Shown piece by piece: positions 1 to 7,073 of a stretch of 44,711 nucleotides of DNA. A model generated the notes under the pieces. That model was not told where the DNA came from. It ran no database searches and worked only from the letters and a program-made list of their open reading frames with translations. Origin of the DNA: a virus; IMG/VR virus record IMGVR_UViG_3300029400_000004; one strand, written 5' to 3'. A program made the translations under genes and the position numbers. Within the stretch, counting starts at the first letter, position 1. Each line of letters starts with the position of its first letter.

Positions 1-47
1 CTTGACTTTTAATCAAGTTGTCCGGGGTTCGAATCCCCGCACGCTCA
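1..47 (+). tRNA. 3' portion of tRNA-Lys(UUU); the window begins in the anticodon stem and the 5' part lies upstream of the window
   Basis: Anticodon arm cttga/cttttaa/tcaag (anticodon TTT), 5-nt variable loop, T arm cgggg-ttcgaat-ccccg, acceptor 3' strand cacgctc plus discriminator a. No encoded CCA. Confidence 0.8.
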
Positions 48-53
48 CTTCAA

Positions 54-93
54 AAAGCACGGTTACCAAATGGCTAAATACCGTGCTTTTCTT
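54..93 (+). terminator. Rho-independent terminator of the tRNA-Lys gene (inside the repeat)
   Basis: 10-bp stem aaagcacggt/accgtgcttt with a 16-nt loop, followed by a T-run. Confidence 0.6.
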
Positions 94-167
94 GTATTTA
101 TACAGTTTTTAAGGGTACGACCTGTCTAAAAATCATACCCTTAAAGTAACCGAAAGTATTTAAAAGT

Positions 168-1421
168 TTAAGGAAGTATTTGTTCCATACGTGTTCCATG
201 TTCCATTTTTGTTCCAGAAACATTCTTAAAAAGCCATGATAATAAATCTTGTAGCTGTTCCATTTTTTGTTCCACTGGTTGTTCCATTTTTTGTTCCAAA
301 TCTACGAAACTTAATGCATTATTTACAGCTGACACTTTATCTTCTTTTTCCATCATGATATGGTTGTATACTTTCATTACAACTTCTTCTGAATCTCCAA
401 CTAACTTAGCCACCATCTTAATACTGATAATTGGAATCTGGTAGCATAAGCAAGAACAATAATTATGTCTGAAAACATGGCTTGTCAATCCCTCGATGAT
501 ACTAGGGCTGACTGCCTGCATAGCTTTTAATATTCTGTCAAACATTCTTCGAAAACCAGATTTTGTCATAGGTTTGTAGTTTTGGTTTACAAAAAGATAT
601 TTTCTTTTGTCTTTCCTCAGCATAGATATATAGTCGGCTATATAATCAAATACACTGTTAGGAATTGGAAGTATTCTTTCTCCGTTAGTTATATTTTTTA
701 CCGTTTTTACAAAAGGAATATTATCTGATATGTCGTGAGATTTAGTGATAGATACTGTATGTGCTTCTAGGTCGAAGTCACTTTCTGTTAGTGCTAGAGC
801 TTCTCCACGCCTTAATCCACAGCCGTAAAGGATGTAGGCATACAATTTGTCCATTGGTTTAAAATCTGCCGTAAAAACGGCTCTCTGTTCGTCTGGTGTC
901 AAAGCACGTTGTTCTTCTGCTTTATATTTGATTCCCTCAAAATCGTCAAAAATGTCTGCGAATGTTTGAGCGGAGAAAATACGATCACGTACAGCACTAC
1001 GCAATATTTGCTTAAACGTCATAGCAATCTGCTGTTGTGTTCGTGGATGCCCTGCGGCATGGTTTAATAGCAATTGGAAATGTTTTCGCTCAATGTCTTG
1101 TAATTTGGTACAAGCTATCGGGATAAAATGTACGTTAATAACATTTTCATACATTTTGTTTGTGTTATTAGCACGACTAAATTCTTTGTACAAACGTCTC
1201 CATTGTACAGCATATTGAATAAATAATATGTCCGTTTCGATGATTCCACGACGTTCATCCCTTAATCGTTCAAATTCTTTTACCCTTTTTTCGAGGTCCT
1301 TAGAACTTTTTGGAGATCGCAGGTGCTTATATCTCTTTTTACCGTTATCCTTGTATGTACCATCCCACACGTTGGTAGAATAGTAACCATCTTTTCCTTT
1401 TTTAAATTTAGCTGTTGCCAT
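168..1421 (-). CDS. int: Tyrosine recombinase / phage integrase
   Basis: ORF track gives 168..1490. Start moved to ATG 1421, which has AAGGAG upstream and an N-terminus MATAKFKKGKDGYY typical of an arm-binding domain. Catalytic motifs GLRRGEALAL, HVFRHNY, VYNH. Adjacent to the att/tRNA repeat. Confidence 0.9.
   Translation of the reverse strand: MATAKFKKGKDGYYSTNVWDGTYKDNGKKRYKHLRSPKSSKDLEKRVKEFERLRDERRGIIETDILFIQYAVQWRRLYKEFSRANNTNKMYENVINVHFIPIACTKLQDIERKHFQLLLNHAAGHPRTQQQIAMTFKQILRSAVRDRIFSAQTFADIFDDFEGIKYKAEEQRALTPDEQRAVFTADFKPMDKLYAYILYGCGLRRGEALALTESDFDLEAHTVSITKSHDISDNIPFVKTVKNITNGERILPIPNSVFDYIADYISMLRKDKRKYLFVNQNYKPMTKSGFRRMFDRILKAMQAVSPSIIEGLTSHVFRHNYCSCLCYQIPIISIKMVAKLVGDSEEVVMKVYNHIMMEKEDKVSAVNNALSFVDLEQKMEQPVEQKMEQLQDLLSWLFKNVSGTKMEHGTRMEQILP
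181..299 (+). repeat. Array of eight TGTTCCA motifs inside the int 3' end (candidate arm-type Int binding sites, P' arm)
   Basis: Motif starts at 181, 192, 199, 210 and, with strict 12-bp phasing, at 256, 268, 280, 292. Confidence 0.7.
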
Positions 1422-1512
1422 TGTATCACTCCTTTTTCTAATTATTGGAATTTGCATTTTCTGCAAAATGGGTACAAAAATAACAGCCATGCAAGAGTGG
1501 ATTTTTAAAGCA

Positions 1513-1628
1513 TTGAAAAATAATATAGGTGTGTTACAATAGATATGGAATTTTCTATATTAAAATTTTACGATGTTATGGAAAAGAGTTGCCGTTTCTT
1601 TTTAGTCTTCTAACGGTGGCTCTTTTTT
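1513..1628 (+). ncRNA. Candidate small-RNA unit A: promoter TTGAAA-16-TGtTACAAT followed about 40 nt later by a terminator hairpin
   Basis: -35 at 1513-1518 and -10 at 1535-1540 with upstream TG. 12-bp stem 1585-1596/1612-1623 (3 G-U pairs) plus a T-run to 1628. Only a 22-codon ORF lies inside. Confidence 0.3.
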
Positions 1629-1634
1629 GCTTAC

Positions 1635-1750
1635 TTGCACGACTGACTTAGTCATGATACAATATAAATTGGTTGCACTTATATGTGTATCAAAAAACTA
1701 AGATTTTTTGGAGACTGTACCTATTTGGCTGTGGGTACGGTCTTTTTTTT
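1635..1750 (+). ncRNA. Candidate small-RNA unit B: promoter TTGCAC-17-TGaTACAAT plus a strong terminator
   Basis: -35 at 1635-1640 and extended -10 at 1655-1663. 10-bp stem 1712-1721/1734-1743 followed by T8 (1743-1750). Predicted transcript is about 80 nt. Confidence 0.35.
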
Positions 1751-2564
1751 ATTTAACTTCCCAAGATTTACCGCAGTCTTGGCAAATTGCCATTTGTTTA
1801 CTGTTAATATCTGTCTTGGATTTCTTTGTTTCTTTGTATTTAGATTTCTTAGGTGTTAATGCCCACAACCCTGCTGTAGCACCAATCATGGCTTTACGAC
1901 CTAAGCTGTTACCTGCACGAGTAACGACACTTTTCTTTCTTACTTCGGCTTTACCTTTAGTTTTAGCGGAATCCTGCACAAACTCATATCCTATGTTTAG
2001 GCTGTGACATTTAGGACAATAAGGTGTATCAAGATATAAAGCTTTGTAAAAATTCTCTGCCTGTTGGCTGTCAGACTTTTTCAGAATCTCATAATAAGCA
2101 TCTCGTGATCTATTTTTATCAGCTTTGATTTTTCCAACGTTAAATTTAAAATTACCGCTAAATTTACGCATTTCATAATCGTATGTAAACTGATTAATAG
2201 CATCTTTTGTATAATCCATTTTGATTATAATATCTTCTTTTGGGTTCTCTTCTGCCTTATCAAAACGGCATAAATAGAAGCTGTCTTTTGCTACATAAAG
2301 TATATGTGTTAATGTAGAAAGAAAACCACTATCTGTATATTTACCTGCTGTGATAATTAAATTACTAGGTTCATTAACAATGCCTTTTTCTATAGCAATC
2401 TCAATCGTTTTTTCATCAATTTCATACTGCGGAACTTCATTATCAGCAGTAGAAACAGTAGCTAATTCTTTTAAGATTTCCTCTGTTGGGCATCCACAAT
2501 TTGGACAAGCAGAAGCTTTTTCAGAGAACTCTTTCCCACATTCAGTACAAGTTATTAATGCCAT
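1749..2564 (-). CDS. Double zinc-ribbon protein of unknown function (cargo gene between int and the immunity genes)
   Basis: 271-aa ORF with RBS AAGGAGGG before ATG 2564. N-terminal CTECG..CPNCGC ribbon and a split C-terminal CPKC...CQDC pair. No enzymatic motif recognised. Confidence 0.7.
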   Translation of the reverse strand: MALITCTECGKEFSEKASACPNCGCPTEEILKELATVSTADNEVPQYEIDEKTIEIAIEKGIVNEPSNLIITAGKYTDSGFLSTLTHILYVAKDSFYLCRFDKAEENPKEDIIIKMDYTKDAINQFTYDYEMRKFSGNFKFNVGKIKADKNRSRDAYYEILKKSDSQQAENFYKALYLDTPYCPKCHSLNIGYEFVQDSAKTKGKAEVRKKSVVTRAGNSLGRKAMIGATAGLWALTPKKSKYKETKKSKTDINSKQMAICQDCGKSWEVK

Positions 2565-2615
2565 GTAACATCCCTCCTTTTATAATGTATAACAAGCAAC
2601 GTGACAACCACAATC

Positions 2616-2767
2616 GCAGGCAAATCACAGGCAAGAAACCACGTATTTATGCGGTTTTCAAGACTTTTTGCATAGTCGCATCACAGGCAAATGACAGGCA
2701 AACATCAATCAACTATGCATTTCCTTTTTTAAAAGTCCAAGAAACCACGGTTTTATGCGGTTTTCAG
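2616..2767 (+). repeat. Duplicated composite repeat upstream of the zinc-ribbon gene
   Basis: Two pairs of CAGGCAA motifs 11 bp apart (2617/2628 and 2684/2695). Each pair is followed by a 28-bp repeat AAGAAACCACGnnTTTATGCGGTTTTCA (2633-2662 and 2739-2767, 2 mismatches). Confidence 0.6.
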
Positions 2768-2950
2768 CACCGTGCAAAAACTTTTTAAAATTTGCGATTG
2801 ACAAATCAACGTTTTTAGTGTATTTTTATTTTCTTTTATATAAATATATAGTATCTAAAGACTATAGTTATATATAACCTATATAGTATTATAATAATTA
2901 ATATTTATATTTAATTAAAAAGAAAAAAATAAAACAAAAAAAGAAAAAAA

Positions 2951-3382
2951 TTAAAGTCTTTTGAAGCTGACTAATCTTTCAGCATATCCGGTTAACGATG
3001 ATAATTGATCGAGCGTATATCCCGGATGTTCGATAATCGTTTCATCTGGTATCAAAAGCTCCGCTGCGAATGTGTGAGCTTCAATTTCAGTTTTGTTTGA
3101 TTGAAACTGTTTACCATAACTGAAAAAATAATAATCTTCATTGTGCATAATACTATGTGCCAATTCATGAGCGACAACAGTATCTCTTAGCTTATCATCC
3201 TCGATTCTATCGTTGATATAAATAAATTTCTTATCCCATATTTTCATGTAGCATCCTTGCAGTTCTCCTAAGTCTCCATACTGGATTGTTACGTCAAGGT
3301 AACTAGCAAGTAAATATGGATTTCTCGTACCGTATGTTTCAATCAAATCATTTACTGTATTTTTGATTTGATTTTTTCTCAT
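2951..3382 (-). CDS. ImmA/IrrE-family zinc metallopeptidase (anti-repressor protease)
   Basis: HELAHSIMH (HExxH) core. 143 aa, immediately downstream of and co-oriented with the XRE repressor. RBS GGAGGG. Confidence 0.85.
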   Translation of the reverse strand: MRKNQIKNTVNDLIETYGTRNPYLLASYLDVTIQYGDLGELQGCYMKIWDKKFIYINDRIEDDKLRDTVVAHELAHSIMHNEDYYFFSYGKQFQSNKTEIEAHTFAAELLIPDETIIEHPGYTLDQLSSLTGYAERLVSFKRL

Positions 3383-3397
3383 ACATAACCCTCCTGT

Positions 3398-3766
3398 TTA
3401 TTTTTTTAGCATTGCAAGTGAAATCTCAATCTGTTTTAGTAATAAATCTATCGTATCGTTATTGACAGGTTTACCATCATAACGAACAGGTTTCATTGAG
3501 TCACTTCTTAAAAGTTCTTCAAGCTCACTGTATTTTTGTTTGAGATCGGTGTTATCTTTCTCTTTTTGTTCATCCTCCTTTCCTGTCATTATGAAATCTA
3601 ATGACACATTAAAATAATCAGCTATCTTTTTTAATTTCTCAGCATTTGGCTTAGAAGTGCCAAGTTTACTTAGATAACCTTTCCCAAAACCTAAGTCTCC
3701 CTCAACTTTGTTCATAGATACATGATTGAGTTTGCATAGGTGTCGGATGCGTTCTTTCATGTCCAT
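3398..3766 (-). CDS. XRE/cI-type HTH repressor (ImmR-like)
   Basis: N-terminal HTH (..HVSMNKVEGDLGFGKGYLSKL..). RBS AAGGAG. Divergent from a cro-like gene and paired with ImmA. Confidence 0.85.
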   Translation of the reverse strand: MDMKERIRHLCKLNHVSMNKVEGDLGFGKGYLSKLGTSKPNAEKLKKIADYFNVSLDFIMTGKEDEQKEKDNTDLKQKYSELEELLRSDSMKPVRYDGKPVNNDTIDLLLKQIEISLAMLKK

Positions 3767-3788
3767 ATTTTGCTCCTTTCACAAAATT

Positions 3789-3865
3789 CTGAAAAAATCG
3801 CAAAAAACTATTGACAAACTGAAAAAATCGCATATAATTAAGATATAGCTTCTGAAAAAATCGCA
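3789..3865 (+). promoter_or_regulatory. Three direct copies of a 14-bp operator-like motif CTGAAAAAATCGCA
   Basis: Perfect copies at 3789-3802, 3819-3832 and 3852-3865. The middle copy fills the spacer of the rightward promoter. Confidence 0.6.
3811..3838 (+). promoter_or_regulatory. Rightward (lytic-direction) promoter TTGACA-16-TATAAT
   Basis: -35 at 3811-3816 and -10 at 3833-3838. Points toward the cro-like gene. Confidence 0.6.
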
Positions 3866-3920
3866 AAATAATAGCGAGGCAGTTTGCTTGAATAGTTTTT
3901 TAATTTTTTGTGGTAATTAG

Positions 3921-3949
3921 ATTATAGAATATATTCAGAACTAAGTCAA
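3921..3949 (-). promoter_or_regulatory. Leftward (repressor-direction) promoter TTGACT-17-TATAAT
   Basis: On the minus strand, -35 at 3949-3944 and -10 at 3926-3921. It lies downstream of the rightward promoter, so the two fire toward each other. Confidence 0.6.
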
Positions 3950-3957
3950 TATTATTT

Positions 3958-3971
3958 TGTGATATTTTCAG
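3958..3971 (-). promoter_or_regulatory. Inverted 12/14 copy of the operator-like motif
   Basis: The reverse complement reads CTGAAAATATCACA. Located just upstream of the leftward -35. Confidence 0.4.
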
Positions 3972-3999
3972 AATAATAAATAGAAGAAAGGAGTAAAAA

Positions 4000-4197
4000 A
4001 TGTTAATTGGTACGAAAGTAAAAGAAATCGCCAAGAAAAAAGGGATTTCACTTAATCAGTTAGAGAAAGATACAAAGATTGCCACAGGCAGTATTTCAAA
4101 ATGGGACAAGATTAGTCCATCGTTTGAAAAGGTGTGCAACGTGGCAAAGGCGTTAGATATTAACGTGGATGAGTTGACAGGAGAGGAGAGCGAGTAG
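4000..4197 (+). CDS. Cro-like XRE-family HTH protein
   Basis: 65 aa with HTH GISLNQLEKDTKIATGSISKW. RBS AAAGGAG. Divergent from the repressor. Confidence 0.85.
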   Translation: MLIGTKVKEIAKKKGISLNQLEKDTKIATGSISKWDKISPSFEKVCNVAKALDINVDELTGEESE

Positions 4198-4341
4198 ATG
4201 TATATACAGCCATATTACCTTGGTTTGTTCGTAGGAGCTTTTGGAACTGTTGCAGCAGAAATTGCAATTGTGCTGATTAGCAACTACAGAGACAAGAAAC
4301 GCAAACAGAAGATGCAGGAGAGATTCAAGGAAGAAGAGTAA
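4198..4341 (+). CDS. Small membrane protein (47 aa), not in the ORF track
   Basis: ATG overlaps the cro-like stop (TAGATG) with GGAGAGGAG upstream. Hydrophobic core LGLFVGAFGTVAAEIAIVLI followed by a basic tail. Confidence 0.5.
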   Translation: MYIQPYYLGLFVGAFGTVAAEIAIVLISNYRDKKRKQKMQERFKEEE

Positions 4342-4354
4342 GAAAGGAGCGAGT

Positions 4355-4573
4355 ATGAAATACGATAAGCCAATCATGAGAATGTCAGAACTCGTCAAGA
4401 TGGGATTTCCAAGGTCATTCCTTGATGAAGCCTATCGAGAAAGAGGACAGGACTTTGCACAAAAAGGTCCTAAGTCCAATTCTCCCGTATTTTTCGATAC
4501 AGAAAGATTTGAAAAATGGAGATTAAGGAAACTAGCAAATGAAAACCAATCAATGCAGAGAGGAGGATTCTAA
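4355..4573 (+). CDS. Putative excisionase-family DNA-binding protein (Tn916 Xis-like pattern)
   Basis: 72 aa. MSELVKMGFPRSFL...VFFDTERFEKW resembles Xis/HTH_17-type proteins. RBS AAAGGAG. Position after cro fits. Confidence 0.45.
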   Translation: MKYDKPIMRMSELVKMGFPRSFLDEAYRERGQDFAQKGPKSNSPVFFDTERFEKWRLRKLANENQSMQRGGF

Positions 4574-4708
4574 ATGAAAATGGGAGCATTCATGATGGGG
4601 TGTGGACTGTTAGTCTGCGGATTAGATTTAATGCCATTCTGGTTTATGGGTACTTGCGTAGCCGCAGGACTGGCATTAATCGCACAAGAGCGTGATGGAT
4701 GGAAATGA
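4574..4708 (+). CDS. Small hydrophobic protein (44 aa), not in the ORF track
   Basis: Strong RBS GAGGAGGA 6 nt before ATG 4574, which follows the upstream stop directly (TAAATG). Sequence MKMGAFMMGCGLLVCGLDLMPFWFMGTCVAAGLALI... Confidence 0.55.
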   Translation: MKMGAFMMGCGLLVCGLDLMPFWFMGTCVAAGLALIAQERDGWK

Positions 4709-4785
4709 AAAAAAGCACCCAGACGTGCAGGTCTAAAGTGCTTAACAAAAAATGCATAACAACAGTATAGCAAGAAAAGGAGATT

Positions 4786-5196
4786 ATGACAATGATTATT
4801 ACAAAAAAAGAGTTCAAAGATGCAGTTAAGAAAGTAATTATTGAAGCAGTGAAAGAAACTAGAAACCCAAACTTTACAGAAGAGGAAAATAAGGTAGCAG
4901 ATAAAAAAATTGCAACAGGCATGACAGAGTTTTATAGCAAACTTATTGTAAAACTTTACGGACAAGATAATGAAGAATGGATATACAACAAAGAAGAAGT
5001 ATTTGATAACGCAAATACAATCTTAAATGAAAGAATGGCGAATAACGATGCTATTGAAACCATTTTTGAAAATTTAGCATATACAGCAAGTGTGCTTAGA
5101 CTTTTTGCAATGCTTAAAGAAAATGAGCAGGAAGAAACAGTACCAAAAGAATTTGATGTAGAAGAGATTCTTAAAGAAGCAAAGGAGCGTGAGTAG
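4786..5196 (+). CDS. Hypothetical early protein
   Basis: 136-aa ORF with AAGGAG upstream. The start may be the second in-frame ATG at 4792. Confidence 0.65.
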   Translation: MTMIITKKEFKDAVKKVIIEAVKETRNPNFTEEENKVADKKIATGMTEFYSKLIVKLYGQDNEEWIYNKEEVFDNANTILNERMANNDAIETIFENLAYTASVLRLFAMLKENEQEETVPKEFDVEEILKEAKERE

Positions 5197-5198
5197 TC

Positions 5199-5453
5199 AT
5201 GATTGTGACAGGCTATACAGACGAAAATGGGACAGTAATCCCAGAAGAAGATGCAACAGAATATATCTGGAAGCAGGCAAGAAACAACGAAGAGGATAAA
5301 ACATGGCTATTAGAGTATATGTGGGACGTGTTTACAGGAAATCCAAAATTCAAAAAGGAATTAGAGGAACTAAAAGAAGCTCGTTTTGATGATGTATGCA
5401 GTGTGAAAGAAGTCAATGAACAGGGAAATATTAAAGAATGTATTGAAGAATGA
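5199..5453 (+). CDS. Hypothetical early protein (acidic)
   Basis: 84-aa ORF, tightly packed in the operon. Confidence 0.6.
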   Translation: MIVTGYTDENGTVIPEEDATEYIWKQARNNEEDKTWLLEYMWDVFTGNPKFKKELEELKEARFDDVCSVKEVNEQGNIKECIEE

Positions 5454-5463
5454 GAGGTAAAAC

Positions 5464-5958
5464 ATGGCTAAATTATATGAGATTAAAAACGAATTTAACG
5501 AACTGCTTTTAATGGCTGATGAGCAGGGGTTATCCCTTGACGATATTAAAGATACTATGGACGGTATCGAATTTGAGTTTGAAGAAAAGGCTGATTCTAC
5601 CGCAAAGATGATTAAAACACTGATCGCTGATGCGGATTCAGTAAAATCAGAGAAAGACAGGTTAGCAAAAAGAGAGACAGCATTGAGAAACAGTGCGGAC
5701 AACTTAAAGAAGTATCTTGAAACAATGATGCTTGAAGTAAAAAAGAAGAAGTTTAAAACAACACTGTTTAGCTTCAATATCCAGAAAAATCCTAAAACTG
5801 TAAAGGTAGAAGTTGAGGAATTGTTACCTAAAAAGTATCTGATTAAACAGCCAGACAAGGTTAACAGGAAACAGCTTCTTGATGATTTGAAAGCAGGAGT
5901 GCTTGAAGAAAATGAAAATATGAGACTGGTACAGACTGAAAGTTTAAGAATTAGATAG
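5464..5958 (+). CDS. Siphovirus Gp157-family protein
   Basis: 164 aa with a coiled-coil N-terminus, KxxKTxLFSF core and C-terminal ..ESLRIR, as in Gp157-family proteins. Lies immediately upstream of Sak. Confidence 0.7.
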   Translation: MAKLYEIKNEFNELLLMADEQGLSLDDIKDTMDGIEFEFEEKADSTAKMIKTLIADADSVKSEKDRLAKRETALRNSADNLKKYLETMMLEVKKKKFKTTLFSFNIQKNPKTVKVEVEELLPKKYLIKQPDKVNRKQLLDDLKAGVLEENENMRLVQTESLRIR

Positions 5959-5970
5959 GAGTGTTGGAAG

Positions 5971-6522
5971 ATGGAAAAATTCAGAGATTTAAGAGCAGAT
6001 GAAATTGATTGCAGAGTTGCAATCGTAAAAGATAGTGGAGTGTCAATCTTACTATATAAAGATGCACGATGCGACATGAATATCCTTGATGAAGCGATTG
6101 GTATTACTAACTGGAAAAGACATCATGAGGTAATCAATGGAAATCTTTTCTGTACCGTAGAAGTATGGGACGAAGAAAAGAAAGAGTGGATTTCTAAACA
6201 GGATGTAGGTAAAGAATCCTACACAGAAAAAGAAAAAGGACAGGCTTCGGATGCATTTAAAAGAGCTTGTTTCAATCTTGGAATCGGACGAGAACTGTAC
6301 ACAGCACCTTTTATCTGGGTTCCAAATAAATACGTCAATATTCAGCAGGGAAGAAACGGAAAACCTACAACAAATGACAGGTTCAAGGTTGAAAAAATTG
6401 TAATCGAGAACAAAAAAATTGTAGGATTGTCAATTGTTAACGATACAACACATAAAAGAGTATTCATCTATGATGGCAGAACAGAGGAAGAAAAGAATGG
6501 AGACAAAGGCAACGATAAGTAA
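5971..6522 (+). CDS. Rad52/Sak-type single-strand annealing protein
   Basis: Motif SDAFKRACFNLGIGRELY and overall Rad52_Rad22-like N-terminal domain. Confidence 0.8.
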   Translation: MEKFRDLRADEIDCRVAIVKDSGVSILLYKDARCDMNILDEAIGITNWKRHHEVINGNLFCTVEVWDEEKKEWISKQDVGKESYTEKEKGQASDAFKRACFNLGIGRELYTAPFIWVPNKYVNIQQGRNGKPTTNDRFKVEKIVIENKKIVGLSIVNDTTHKRVFIYDGRTEEEKNGDKGNDK

Positions 6523-7069
6523 TATATCCATTGATTTTGAAAGCGGTAAGCAGGTTATTTCCCTTGTATGTGAAAAAGACATACGAGGGGAATATGACCG
6601 ACTGAAAGATAAAGAATGTCGGCTTAAGGTTGTTCAGTACCGTGATGGCAGGTCTTTAGATGCCAATGCATACTTTCATGTATTGGTTGGAAAGATTGCA
6701 GAAGTAACGGATAACAGCAAGGTATATATAAAGAACAAACTCATTGCAGAGTACGGACAGCATGAGATTATAAATGGTTCTTTGGTATCACTTCCGCTAG
6801 ATAACGATATAGAAGTGTACGACCTTGAATTTTGCCATCTACAGCCGACAACCCAGACAACTACCAATAAGGTAGGAAAGTTATTCAGAATCAATTTAGT
6901 GATGCGTGGGAGTCATACCTACGATGCAAAGGAAATGTCTGAATTGATTAAAGGAACTGTTACAGAAGCAAAGGCATTAGGCATTGAGACAGCAACACCA
7001 CAGGAGATTAAAGAAATGGAAGAAAGGTGGGGACTTAAGATTGAGAAAGAAAAAGTCAATCATCGTTGA
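6497..7069 (+). CDS. ninB: NinB/Orf-family recombination mediator
   Basis: Start set at METKAT (GAGGAAG upstream). YRDGRSLDANAYFHVLVGKIA parallels lambda NinB ERNRSLDQNRKLWACLGDVS. The C-terminal ..EMEERWG parallels lambda ..WKARWG. Confidence 0.65.
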   Translation: METKATISNISIDFESGKQVISLVCEKDIRGEYDRLKDKECRLKVVQYRDGRSLDANAYFHVLVGKIAEVTDNSKVYIKNKLIAEYGQHEIINGSLVSLPLDNDIEVYDLEFCHLQPTTQTTTNKVGKLFRINLVMRGSHTYDAKEMSELIKGTVTEAKALGIETATPQEIKEMEERWGLKIEKEKVNHR

Positions 7070-7073
7070 TGAT

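Larger units (their letters stand above)
1..123 (+). repeat. Left copy of the 123-bp perfect direct repeat (attL candidate: tRNA 3' part plus 76 nt downstream)
   Basis: Bases 1-123 are identical to 44589-44711. The repeat reaches the window edge, so its true length may be greater. Confidence 0.85.

Noticed and set aside
1-123. Terminal repeat as a circular-assembly overlap rather than attL/attR
   Set aside because: This is less likely, because the repeat starts exactly within a tRNA next to int, and the arm-type motif clusters are arranged as expected for att sites. It cannot be excluded without flanking sequence or reads.
109-144. 9-bp stem hairpin (TTAAGGGTA/TACCCTTAA) spanning the repeat boundary, considered as the int terminator
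   Set aside because: No U-tract follows it on either strand. It may still be structural for att, but there is no support for a terminator call.
1708-2007. 99-aa plus-strand ORF with a TTG start
   Set aside because: It reads straight through a strong terminator (1712-1750) and is antisense to the RBS-supported zinc-ribbon gene.
4570-4965. Minus-strand Cys/Phe-rich ORFs (4570..4965, 4644..4922)
   Set aside because: They are antisense to RBS-supported plus-strand ORFs, have implausible composition and lack start context.
5370-6077. 235-aa minus-strand ORF antisense to the Gp157/Sak genes
   Set aside because: It is S/F/L-rich and low in complexity, and it overlaps two well-supported plus-strand genes. 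No RBS is present. This is typical antisense read-through of AT-rich coding sequence.
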